Below, piece after piece: positions 39,649 through 48,888 of a DNA stretch of 48,888 nt. Every line of letters starts with the position of its first letter. Positions within the stretch are counted from its first letter, which is position 1. The DNA is from an uncultured Actibacterium sp. (GTDB taxonomy: Bacteria; Pseudomonadota; Alphaproteobacteria; Rhodobacterales; Rhodobacteraceae), in NCBI GenBank assembly GCA_964346965.1, contig CAYFXM010000001.1:1-48888 (forward strand). Direction: 5' to 3'. A model generated the notes under the pieces. The model was given only the letters and a program-made list of their open reading frames with translations, made no database searches and had not been told where the DNA came from. A program made the translations under genes and the position numbers.

Positions 39649-42528
39649 ATGGCGCATCGCACTATCCTCACCGAGCGTCAGCGCTCTGCACTTTTTGATC
39701 TTCCGACCGATGAAGCGGCGATGTTGCGCCACTACACCCTTGCAGACGACGATCTAGAAGCCATCCGCGCCCGCCGCCGCCCCCACAATCGTTTTGGGTT
39801 TGCTCTCTAGCTTTGCGCATTGCGCTATCCCGGTCGTTTGTTGACCCCAGGCGAGGTCATTCCAATGGAGGTCACGCGTTTTCTGGCAGCGCAACTTGGG
39901 CTAAAGTCGGACGATCTGGCGGGATATGCCAGCCGTGAAGAGACGCGTCACGAACACCTGGCTGCCTTGAGGAATCTCTATGGCTACAAGATGTTCACTG
40001 GCCGAGGATCGCGCGACCTGAAGGCTTGGCTGGAGAGAACAGCCGAAGCCGCCCGGTCGAACGAGGATTTGGCTCGACGTTTCGTAGAACAGTGCCGGGC
40101 GACCCAGACCATTCTACCGGGGATCACGGTTATCGAACGCCTTTGCGCGGATGCTCTCGTCGCCGCAGAGCGACGGATTGACGCCCAGATTGCTGAGCGG
40201 CTGGACGATAAGATGCGCAGCCGACTTGACGCTTTTCTGACGGAAACGGCGGGCGGCTCTGCTACCCGCTTTGTCTGGTTGCGCCAGTTTGAAGTGGGCC
40301 AGAACTCGGCCCACATGAAACGGCTGCTCGACCGGTTGGAATTCTTGCAGGCCATGGCCGTGGACCGAACCGTCCTGTCGGGTGTGCCGCCCCACCGTAT
40401 CGCGCGCCTCCGGCGGCAAGGTGAACGTTATTTCGCCGGAGATCTGCGGGATATTTCGGGCGACCGCCGTCTTGCCATCCTCGCGGTCTGCGCTTTGGAA
40501 TGGCACAGTGCCATTGCCGATGCGGTGGTTGAGACCCATGACCGTATCGTCGGGAAGACGTGGCGCGAGGCGAAGCGCGCATGCGACGCCCGTGCGGATG
40601 ATGCCAGGGCGGCCTTGAAGGACACTTTGCAGGGATTTTCAAATCTCGGATCAGCCCTGCTGGAAGCCCATGAAGATCAAGCCTCCTTGAGCGACGCGGT
40701 GCAAAACGTCGGCGGCTGGACCGCGCTCAGAGGGCTTGTGGCCACTGCTGTCCAACTGACCGACACTTTGGCGGCCGATCCTTTGGCACATGTAGTTCAC
40801 GGGTATCACCGCTTCCGGCGCTATGCACCGCGCATGTTGCGCATGCTCGATATTCAGGCGGCCCCAGTGGCCGAACCGTTGCTGGTTGCTGTGGATATTG
40901 TTGCGGGTACGGATACCACGGCCGATCGCCCCGTGACCTTCTTGCGCCGAACCTCAAAATGGCATCGGCACCTAAACGACGATGACAGGCACCGGCTTTG
41001 GGAGGTGGCGGTCCTATTTCATCTACGTGATGCATTCCGGGCTGGCGATATGTGGCTCGCACACTCCCGTAAGTATGGGGATCTCAAAGATGCGCTGGTC
41101 CCAGCAGAAGTAGCCCGAACCACACCCAGACTGGCCATGCCGTATGATCCAGAAATCTGGCTGGCAGATCGGAAAGCACGCCTGGCCGATGGCCTACAGC
41201 GACTGGCCCGTGCCGCCAGGGCCGGGGCAATTCCGGGCGGTTCGATCGAAAATGGCACCCTCAAAATAGACCGCCTGTCTGCCGCTGTTCCCGAAGATGC
41301 CGATGCCATGGTGCTCGATCTTTACAACCGCCTGCCGGAGACCAGGATCACCGACCTCCTGCTCGAAGTGGATGACGAGATTGGATTTACTGAGGCCTTC
41401 ACCCATCTGCGCACGGGCGTTCCAAGCAAAGACAGGGTCGGCATGTTGAATGTGATATTGGCTGAAGGGCTGAACCTTGGCCTCAGCAAAATGGCCGGTG
41501 CCACGAACACCCACGATTACTTTCAGCTCTCACGCTTGTCGCGGTGGCATGTCGAAAGCGAGGCGATGAACCGCGCTTTGGCCATGATTATCGAGGCGCA
41601 ATCAGCCTTGCCGATGGCCCGGATCTGGGGCGCAGGGCAGACCGCTTCGAGCGACGGGCAGTTCTTCCCGACCACACGTCAGGGCGAGGCGATGAACCTC
41701 ATCAACGCCAAGTACGGCCACGAACCCGGTCTGAAAGCCTATACGCATGTCTCCGATCAGTTCGGCCCTTTCGCTATCCAGACCATCCCGGCTACAGTGA
41801 ATGAAGCGCCCTACATCCTAGACGGCCTGTTGATGACAGACGCAGGTCAAAAGATCCGCGAAAAATACGCCGATACTGGCGGCTTCACAGATCATGTCTT
41901 TGCTGTCACCGCACTTCTTGGCTTTCAGTTTATACCCCGCATCCGGGATTTGCCATCTAAGCGTCTTTATCTGTTCAATCCGTCATCCTGCCCGAAAGAG
42001 TTGACCGGCTTGATAGGCGGAAGAGTCAGGGAACCGGTCATCAGCTCGAACTGGCCCGACATCCTACGCAGCGCGGCCACAATGGTTGCGGGCGTAATGC
42101 CCCCAAGCCAACTGTTGCGGAAATTTGCGTCCTACCCCAGACAACACGAGCTTGCCGTCGCATTGCGCGAAATCGGCCGGGTCGAGCGGACGCTGTTCAT
42201 CATCGACTGGCTGCTGGACGCCGATATGCAACGTCGCGCACAAATCGGCCTGAATAAGGGCGAAGCGCATCATGCGCTGAAAAACGCCCTGCGCATCGGC
42301 CGCCAAGGTGAGATCCGTGATCGAACCACCCAAGGCCAGCACTTCCGAATGGCCGGGCTGATCCTCCTCACTGCCATTATCATTTATTGGAACACAAAGC
42401 ATCTCGGTCGCGCTGTCGATAGTCGCCACAGTGATGGTTTGGACTGCTCAGCAGACCTGCTAGCGCATATCTCACCCCTCGGGTGGGCGCACATCCTTCT
42501 CACAGGCGAATACAGGTGGCCAAAATGA
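39649..42528 (+). pseudogene. tnpA: Tn3-family transposase with a nonsense codon
   Basis: MAHRTILTERQR..RFGFAL-TAG(39808-39810)-LCALRYPGR in one frame; SSDGQ, DTGG, LNKGE catalytic motifs. Confidence 0.92.
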
Positions 42529-42540
42529 TGATCAAACGGC

Positions 42541-42578
42541 TTTAGCGTAGGATTCTGCACTCTCCGGTATCAGACCCC
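42541..42578 (-). repeat. Tn3 right inverted repeat
   Basis: Reverse complement GGGGTCTGATACCGGAGAGTGCAGAATCCTACGCTAAA. Confidence 0.93.
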
Positions 42579-42705
42579 AGGATCATCGTTTCATCAAAAG
42601 GCGAATACGGAATATGGGCACCTTTAAATGAAATCATCGCCAAACCTTTCAGCTGAAGCCAAAAGACTTTTCATACCGGCTTTCGGAAAACTTTGCGACA
42701 CTACC
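42579..42705 (+). mobile_element. IS6-family remnant (transposase fragment plus terminal IR)
   Basis: DHRFIKRRIRNMGTFK matches the IS6 EQDHRxIKRR motif; 42692-42705 is GGTAGTGTCGCAAA on minus, similar to the IS26 end GGCACTGTTGCAAA. Confidence 0.7.
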
Positions 42706-42706
42706 C

Positions 42707-43060
42707 GGGAATCTCTACGAACCGGGAACCTACATCATTCGGCGGAAGGTCGAATGGCCACACTGGACGCCCACGGCATCCATGATCGAACGAAATCCTG
42801 AATACGCTGAATTTGCGGATGGGATGGAGCCGGGACCGACGAACGCGCTCGGATCACGCGCGCTCTATCTCTACGTCGGCAATCGCGACACTTATCTTCG
42901 CATCCACGGGACGCCTCAGCCACGGTCAATCGGGGGGCGCGCAAGCTCGGGATGTGTGCGCATGGTTATGGCGCATATCAATGATCTCTATCCCAATGTC
43001 GCGGCTGGATCGACGGCATACCTGTATTCTGCCGAACAGAGCGTTGTTTCCGGGAGCTAG
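42707..43060 (+). pseudogene. 5'-truncated L,D-transpeptidase, paralog of 23265-23993
   Basis: GNLYEPGTY..WPHWTPT..NALGSRALYL..IHGT..ASSGCVRM begins right after the IS6 IR; no signal peptide. Confidence 0.85.
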
Positions 43061-43129
43061 TATCTGCGATTGTGACCGGCTTAACTATCTCCCGGCATTG
43101 GACGGGAGCTGAGTGTTGCTGGACAGCAG

Positions 43130-43408
43130 TCAGGCTTCCCGTGCGACGCAGATGGGATTGCCGCTAGCTGTTCTCAGCGGGAGCAAGGTCTTTTCAACAG
43201 GTCCGTTGTGTTCGTACCAGTAGCATCCGTCTTCTTCGCGTAACCGAGCTGTCGCAAGGTTTTGACCTGGGCCAGACAACTCCACAACAGCCTCTGGCAG
43301 ATTGCCGATGTTTTGGGATGTGTTCTGGCCTGTTGTGTCGCATGCGCCAAGCAATGTAGTCCCGAGGAGCGGTAGTCCGAGCCGTCTGGCAACTTGCTGA
43401 ATCTTCAT
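43130..43408 (-). CDS. small lipoprotein, paralog of 22974-23234
   Basis: LGAC lipobox; LSGPGQNL..EEDGCYWYEHNGPVEKTLLPL..ICV. Confidence 0.8.
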   Translation of the reverse strand: MKIQQVARRLGLPLLGTTLLGACDTTGQNTSQNIGNLPEAVVELSGPGQNLATARLREEDGCYWYEHNGPVEKTLLPLRTASGNPICVAREA

Positions 43409-43511
43409 AAGTTTCCTGTCATCTTTCTTCGCTGATCGCGTCTTTTTCGATTGGTTTTGGTACACGAGCCGCCCCTGGCTGCCGAAAATCGTATACGAAC
43501 CAAAAAACGTC

Positions 43512-43542
43512 TTGAACCTCTAGCGACTGTAGGGGTTACGGT
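43512..43542 (+). promoter_or_regulatory. MerR-type (CadR/PbrR-like) promoter-operator
   Basis: TTGAAC, 19-bp spacer, TACGGT; dyad AACCTCTA-GCGACTG-TAGGGGTT. Confidence 0.75.
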
Positions 43543-43572
43543 CCAGTCAAACAATGATTCTGGAGACAGTGA

Positions 43573-45942
43573 ATGACTGCCAACTCTGAAACTGTGGTAC
43601 CTGAAGTACACTCAGCTGATGGAGCCAAATCGGAAACATGTGTAAGCGAACATGCCTGCTGTGGCGGGAGCCCTTCAAACGAAGAGTTTGGAGCCCTGCC
43701 ACAAAATGGGGCGGGCCGGAGTTTTCAGGTTAGCGGTCTCGATTGCGCAGAAGAAGTGGCGATCCTCAACAAGGTCGTCGGACCAAAAGTCGGCGGAGCA
43801 GAGCATCTGGCGTTCGATGTCATCAACGGGCGCATGATCATACTCGACAGCGCTGCCGCTGTGTCCGATGGAGGGATCGCGCAACTGGTGGCGACCACAG
43901 GTATGAGTGCGAAACCCTGGGATGCTGAGAACGCCTCGGAAGATCAAGCTGTGCATCTGGCGCGTCAGCGCCTGTTCACCATGCTGAGCGGTGGCTTCTG
44001 GGCGGCGGGATTTCTGTATCACATAGCAGAAACCGGCATGAGCGGTGCGATAGGCCTTTTTTCGGGCCATGGCGAGGCGTTTATGCCGTTGGCCGAAGTT
44101 GGGCTCTTCGCCGTTGCGATCCTTTTCGGTGTCTGGCTGGTGGCCCCGAAGGCATGGTCTTCCGCGCGACGGCTGTCGCCCGACATGAATCTCTTGATGG
44201 TGGTCGCTGTGGCGGGGGCCATTGGTCTTGGCGAGTTCTTTGAGGCGGCGACGGTCGCGTTCTTCTTCTCTCTTTCGCTTTATCTTGAGAGTTGGAGTGT
44301 CGGGCGCGCGCGGAACGCGGTTTCAGCCTTGCTCGATCTGGCACCGCCGACGGCGAGAGTTGTCTACGAAGATGGTTCTGAAGCGGATGTTCCGGCGTCT
44401 GCCGTTTCCATCAATGCGCACTTCGTCGTGCGCGGCGGCGACCGCATCCCATTGGATGGCGAGGTTGTAGATGGGGCAGGGGCTGTCGACCAGGCCCCAA
44501 TCACCGGAGAAAGCGCACTGGTGCCAAAGGAAGCAGGCGACGAAGTCTATGCGGGAACGATCAATGGAGAGGGCACACTGACGGTGCGCGCTACCAAGGC
44601 AGCCTCGGACACGGTGCTCGCCAAGATCATCCGGATGGTGGGTGACGCCCACGCCCGCCGCGCGCCCGTGGAGCAGTGGGTGGCGAAGTTCGCGCGCATC
44701 TACACGCCCATCGTCATGGCTCTGGCCATCGCCATTGCGGTGCTGCCACCGCTCGTCTTTGGTGGGGCCTGGGATTACTGGTTTTACAATGCCCTTGTCC
44801 TTCTGGTGATCGCCTGCCCGTGTGCGCTGGTCATCTCCACGCCTGTGTCCATCGTTGCGGCGCTTACGGCCTCGGCCCGCGCCGGGGTGCTCATCAAGGG
44901 CGGCGCCTATGTTGAAGCACCGGGGCGCACCTCAGCCCTGGCGATGGATAAGACCGGTACGATCACCATGGGTGAACCGGAAGTGGCTGCAGTGCATCCG
45001 CTCGGGAATGCATCGACGCAGGATTTGATGAGCCTCGCGGCGGCGTTAGAAGCGCGATCCTCTCACCCTCTAGCGCGGGCTATCCTTGCACGAGCAGAGG
45101 CCGACGGTCTTGACGTATCCGCGGCAGAGGACACGCAGACCGTGCCGGGGCGCGGGCTTGAGGGCAGGGTAGGGCAGAGCGCGGTCTGGCTCGGTTCTGA
45201 CCGGTTTGCGGAGGAAAAAGGGTTTGGTATGGCCATTCCGGCAGACCTCCGGGATCAGATCGAAGGGTCCGGTAGCACGCTCGTGGCTGTGGGTGATGCA
45301 AACGGGGTGACGGGTATTCTGGAACTGCGCGACCGTATACGCCCCGACGTCGAGGGAATCGTGGCTCGTCTGCATGCGCAGGGCGTGAAAACCATCGTGA
45401 TGCTGACAGGCGATAACGAGCGCACCGCATGCGCGGTCGCGGCAGTGGTCGGAATAGACGAGGTACGCGCTGAGCTTCTGCCCGAGGACAAGGTGACGGC
45501 CATCGAAGAACTGGTTGAGGCGCACGACATGGTGGCCATGATTGGCGACGGGGTGAACGACGCGCCCGCCATGGCGCGGGCCCATTATGCCATCGCTATG
45601 GGCGCTGTTGGCTCCGACGCAGCTATCGAGACGGCGGACATCGCCCTGATGACTGACGACATCGGCAAGGTGCCGTGGCTCATAGGCCATTCACGCCGTG
45701 CGATGTCAATCATCCGTCAAAACATCGTTATTTCACTTGTAACCAAGGCAATTTTCGTGGTGGCGACTGCGTTTGGGATGGCATCGATGTGGGGTGCCAT
45801 TGCCGCGGATGTTGGCGTGTCACTGCTGGTGGTCGCAAATGCGCTCAGACTTCTAAACGGACACCGTGCGGAGTCTCCACCCCAAGGCGGTGACCGCGTC
45901 GGTGACAGACTGGCCGAAGGTGCTTTGGCGCACGGCCATTGA
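43573..45942 (+). CDS. Zn/Cd/Pb-type P1B ATPase (ZntA/CadA-like)
   Basis: HACC and GLDCAEE N-terminus; [31 protein letters not shown] Lys (VTKA) and Asp-Gly (ADVG). Confidence 0.92.
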   Translation: MTANSETVVPEVHSADGAKSETCVSEHACCGGSPSNEEFGALPQNGAGRSFQVSGLDCAEEVAILNKVVGPKVGGAEHLAFDVINGRMIILDSAAAVSDGGIAQLVATTGMSAKPWDAENASEDQAVHLARQRLFTMLSGGFWAAGFLYHIAETGMSGAIGLFSGHGEAFMPLAEVGLFAVAILFGVWLVAPKAWSSARRLSPDMNLLMVVAVAGAIGLGEFFEAATVAFFFSLSLYLESWSVGRARNAVSALLDLAPPTARVVYEDGSEADVPASAVSINAHFVVRGGDRIPLDGEVVDGAGAVDQAPITGESALVPKEAGDEVYAGTINGEGTLTVRATKAASDTVLAKIIRMVGDAHARRAPVEQWVAKFARIYTPIVMALAIAIAVLPPLVFGGAWDYWFYNALVLLVIACPCALVISTPVSIVAALTASARAGVLIKGGAYVEAPGRTSALAMDKTGTITMGEPEVAAVHPLGNASTQDLMSLAAALEARSSHPLARAILARAEADGLDVSAAEDTQTVPGRGLEGRVGQSAVWLGSDRFAEEKGFGMAIPADLRDQIEGSGSTLVAVGDANGVTGILELRDRIRPDVEGIVARLHAQGVKTIVMLTGDNERTACAVAAVVGIDEVRAELLPEDKVTAIEELVEAHDMVAMIGDGVNDAPAMARAHYAIAMGAVGSDAAIETADIALMTDDIGKVPWLIGHSRRAMSIIRQNIVISLVTKAIFVVATAFGMASMWGAIAADVGVSLLVVANALRLLNGHRAESPPQGGDRVGDRLAEGALAHGH

Positions 45943-46005
45943 ATGGGCTGGCACGCCACGTTAGTGTCAAATTCGAAAGAGACCTCACGAAAGAGGCATA
46001 GAGCA

Positions 46006-46515
46006 GTGAATTTTCGAGTTCCACGTCGCACGATCCTCCTGGGAGCCCTGGCGATGTTGCTTTCTGCATGTGCGAGCAAGTTCCGCACTTATAGGGGGCC
46101 GGAGGTGACCCGGCTGCGGGTCTATAAAAATCAGCGCATGATTGTCCTCGATGGGGCAGAGGGTGTTTTGCGTACTTTCCCGATGGGCCTTGGCTTCGCC
46201 CCCGAAGGTCACAAGCAGTTTGAAGGGGACGGGCGCACGCCAGAAGGGTCGTACGTGATTGACAGGCGAAATCCCGAAAGCCTGTTTCATCTTTCCATCG
46301 GGATTTCATATCCGAACGAGGCAGATACCGCATTTGCGAGGACGCAGGGCCGTTCGCCCGGCGGCGACATCTTCATTCACGGTGGACCACGCCCGGGTAT
46401 TGATCCCACGGACAAGCGGGATTGGACGGCAGGGTGCATCTCGGTCACGGACCGGGAGATCGAAGACATCTACGCCATGGTCAATGACGGGACACCCATC
46501 GATATCTACGCTTGA
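46006..46515 (+). CDS. YkuD-family lipoprotein (YafK/DpaA-like)
   Basis: LSAC lipobox; KQFEGDGRTPEG, ISYPN, IFIHGG..WTAGCI. Confidence 0.88.
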   Translation: MNFRVPRRTILLGALAMLLSACASKFRTYRGPEVTRLRVYKNQRMIVLDGAEGVLRTFPMGLGFAPEGHKQFEGDGRTPEGSYVIDRRNPESLFHLSIGISYPNEADTAFARTQGRSPGGDIFIHGGPRPGIDPTDKRDWTAGCISVTDREIEDIYAMVNDGTPIDIYA

Positions 46516-46542
46516 AGCGAAGGCCTCGGATGGGTCTTCGCT
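46516..46542. terminator. hairpin between convergent genes
   Basis: AGCGAAGGCCT-CGGAT-GGGTCTTCGCT. Confidence 0.5.
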
Positions 46543-46550
46543 GAGTTGGT

Positions 46551-47309
46551 TTACGCAAACCGCCGTCTGAGCGCGACGTTGATTGCCTCGATGGTGATTA
46601 CCATGACGATCACGGCCAGGGTCACGCTTGCCGCCTTGTCGTACTGAAACGACCGCACATAGGTCTGGATGTAGAACCCAATCCCACCTGCACCAACGAT
46701 GCCCAGGATCAGCGACTCCCGCAGGTTCAGTTCGAACCGGAAGATCGTGTCACGCGCGACGACGGGTGCCATCTGCGGCCAGATCGCGTGCCTGAGCCGT
46801 GCCAATGGTCCCGCGCCGGCGCTTTCCAGTGCGGCAATCGGTGCGCGGGATACGCTGTCGATCGCTTCGGCATAGAACTTTGCGAGCATGCCGGTCGCGT
46901 GAATGGCAACCGCGATGATGCCAGGCAGAGGGCCAAGCCCAACAGCGCCCACCATGAGCATAGCGACGAGGATCAGCGGGACCGCGCGAATGAGGGCAAG
47001 CAAGGTGCGGACGGGACGAAAGACCGCCGGGGACACCATTGTTTCGGATGCGAGTATCCCGAGCGGTACGGAGAGAAACACTGCGCCCAAAGATCCAAGG
47101 ATCGCGATGCGCAATGTTTCTGTGCTGCCTTTTACGATTTCATTCATGACGGTTGGATCAGGCGGCACCATACGGCCGAGGAAGTCGGCAATCCGGGGGC
47201 CTGCTGACAAGAGACGCGACAGTTCGACGTCGGTCGTCAGAAAGGACCAAAGGATCACGCCAGCAATGAGGACGCCGACAGCAAAGCTGCCTAACCCGCG
47301 CGACCGCAT
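46551..47309 (-). CDS. phnE: phosphonate/phosphite-type ABC permease
   Basis: ETLRIAILG, GMLAKFYAEAID, FELNLRESLILGIVGAGGIG. Confidence 0.88.
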   Translation of the reverse strand: MRSRGLGSFAVGVLIAGVILWSFLTTDVELSRLLSAGPRIADFLGRMVPPDPTVMNEIVKGSTETLRIAILGSLGAVFLSVPLGILASETMVSPAVFRPVRTLLALIRAVPLILVAMLMVGAVGLGPLPGIIAVAIHATGMLAKFYAEAIDSVSRAPIAALESAGAGPLARLRHAIWPQMAPVVARDTIFRFELNLRESLILGIVGAGGIGFYIQTYVRSFQYDKAASVTLAVIVMVITIEAINVALRRRFA

Positions 47310-48091
47310 CAGCTGACCGCCCTGAGGCCGGAACCAGGCGGGATCACAGTCTCGCGATAAAGCTCGGCCGTTGCGGCTTCACTCAGGTCGTCAACCGCCA
47401 CATCAAAGACAATCTTTCCATCCCGCATGCCAACGATACGATCGGCAAAGCGTCGGGCGAGGTCAGGCTGGTGCGAAGAGAACATCACGGTCGCGCCCCG
47501 CGCACGCGCTGCACTGGTCAGCAGCGTCAGGACCTCGGTGGCGCGTACGGGGTCAAGGTTGCTGACGGGTTCGTCAGCGAGGATCAGGCGAGGTTCCTGT
47601 GCAAGACAGCGCGCGATGGCAACACGTTGACGTTGCCCTCCGCTGAGGCTGTCGACCCGACGCTCGGCCAAGTCCGCGATTGCGCAATCGGCAAGCGTGG
47701 CCCGCGCAATATCAAAGTCAATGGAGGTCGGTCTCCACAGGACTGCGCGCAATGGAGACATGCGGCCAAGTCGGCCATTCAGCACATTTCGCAATACGGA
47801 AGAGCGCTCAACCAAGGCAAATTCCTGGAACACAAAGCCGGTATCGGGCCGTAGGGTGCGTGCGGGTGGATGATCGGGGTCAAGGGGTGTCCCCAGGACT
47901 GAAGCGCGACCGCGCCAGCCGCGCAGTCGCCCATCAAGCAACGTCAGCAGCGTAGTTTTTCCGGCACCGGACGGGCCCAGTAAAGCAATGCGTTCGCCCG
48001 AAGGCGCGGCGAGAGAGACACGCTCTAATGCTCGCGGTTCCGCACCCGGATGCGTATAGCTGAGATCGTCAATTTGAATGGCTGACGTCAT
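47309..48091 (-). CDS. phnC: phosphonate/phosphite-type ABC ATPase
   Basis: GPSGAGKTT, NVLNGRLG, LSGGQRQRVAIAR, ILADEPVSNLDP. Confidence 0.9.
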   Translation of the reverse strand: MTSAIQIDDLSYTHPGAEPRALERVSLAAPSGERIALLGPSGAGKTTLLTLLDGRLRGWRGRASVLGTPLDPDHPPARTLRPDTGFVFQEFALVERSSVLRNVLNGRLGRMSPLRAVLWRPTSIDFDIARATLADCAIADLAERRVDSLSGGQRQRVAIARCLAQEPRLILADEPVSNLDPVRATEVLTLLTSAARARGATVMFSSHQPDLARRFADRIVGMRDGKIVFDVAVDDLSEAATAELYRETVIPPGSGLRAVS

Positions 48092-48837
48092 CGCAGTAAC
48101 CCATAGCGCCGCGCCATAGCGCGCACGCCATCATAGTTGGCCGCATCCGCGCTGACATATCCGTCCGGTCCGTAGAGATAGCGGAGAAGGTTGCGGTTTT
48201 CGGGCGCATTGAGCCGCAACATCGCGTCGACAAATCGCGATCGAAGCTCTGCATCAAGTCCGGGCCTCGCGATAACCAAATGGCTGGGGATTGCATCGCT
48301 CTCGGCGATCCAGGTCACCTGAGCCTGTTGATCCGGGCTGAGAAGGAGATCGGCGTACTGGCTTGCGCCCGCAGCGTCGACTAGCCCCTCTGCCATCGCC
48401 TGCATGGCCTGCTGATAGCCACCTGCAAAAAACACGCGGCCAAAAAACGCATCTGCATCGCTCGGTGCGGCGATCAGGCCGGCGTCCACGAATTCGGCAA
48501 GTGGATAGAGGTAGCCCGACTCCGAAATTGGATCGGCGAACGCGATGTCTTTGCCACGGAGATCGGCAAGTGTCTCGATTCCGCTGTCCCGGCGCACGAA
48601 GATGCGACCTGTGTAGCTCGGTGCGTCACGGTAAACTTCGGATAGGAGAGGCACTGCACCGATCTCTGCCTCGGCCAGCACGAAGGGCAGGGCGCCCATG
48701 AACGAGATATCGGCGTCTCCATTGCGAAGAGCCTCGACGGCAGCAGCGTGATCAATCGTCACGAAACCCTCGACCGGAACGCCGATTTGATCGGCAAGCC
48801 AGTCGGTGATTCTCGCAATATCGCCAAGCAACTTGTC
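48088..48837 (-). CDS. phnD: phosphonate/phosphite-type ABC substrate-binding protein, N-terminus missing or disrupted
   Basis: DLRGKDIAFADPISESGYLYP; AIPSH; upstream of DKLLGD the frame becomes AT-rich and unlike PhnD. Confidence 0.8.
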   Translation of the reverse strand, partial: DKLLGDIARITDWLADQIGVPVEGFVTIDHAAAVEALRNGDADISFMGALPFVLAEAEIGAVPLLSEVYRDAPSYTGRIFVRRDSGIETLADLRGKDIAFADPISESGYLYPLAEFVDAGLIAAPSDADAFFGRVFFAGGYQQAMQAMAEGLVDAAGASQYADLLLSPDQQAQVTWIAESDAIPSHLVIARPGLDAELRSRFVDAMLRLNAPENRNLLRYLYGPDGYVSADAANYDGVRAMARRYGLLR

Positions 48838-48888
48838 GTAGTACCCTAATAAAAGAGAAATTACCGCTTCTGGCCTATTTTGGCGATT

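Larger units (their letters stand above)
39508..42578 (+). mobile_element. Tn3-family (Tn5393-like) element, defective, 3071 bp
   Basis: 38-bp terminal IRs matching 36/38; contains tnpA and a tnpR stub; flanks CATGT and AGGAT are not a duplication. Confidence 0.92.

Noticed and set aside
15378..39810. Two in-frame TAG codons suggesting amber recoding
   Set aside because: TAG is a normal stop elsewhere (e.g. 16590-16592, 43058-43060) and no suppressor or pyl genes are seen; independent nonsense mutations are simpler
1..48888. CRISPR array, rRNA, tRNA, replication or conjugation genes
   Set aside because: None recognised; plasmid location therefore remains unproven

Overview
A 48.9-kb mosaic copper/heavy-metal tolerance island from an alphaproteobacterium. 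The protein types suggest Rhodobacteraceae (Roseobacter group), probably on a plasmid or genomic island; both points are inference. Core content: cueR, a CopG/DUF411 protein, an OmpR-type two-component system followed by ccmF-G-H-I, DsbD/ScsB- and ScsC-like thiol-redox proteins, several c-type cytochromes (one with an amber stop), two multicopper oxidases, a CopA-type and a ZntA/CadA-type P1B ATPase, four L,D-transpeptidase-family genes, a stand-alone Rieske petA, a nested IS66/Tn3/IS6 scar and a phnDCE-like ABC transporter at the right edge. Most interesting signals: (1) two CutF/CruR-like leader ORFs (signal peptide, CxxGLxC, C-terminal poly-Pro), each followed by a hairpin that hides the next gene's Shine-Dalgarno; (2) a beta-CASP nuclease, AMP-phosphorylase-like and PRPP-synthetase trio translationally coupled to copA; (3) a solo, apparently leaderless Rieske gene behind a MerR-type promoter; (4) a twice-repeated convergent LDT plus small lipoprotein module. 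Together these suggest the island carries spare copies of copper-poisoned targets, not only efflux. All calls are by eye from motifs; no database searches or folding calculations were run, and several start codons were re-chosen from RBS or overlap context.
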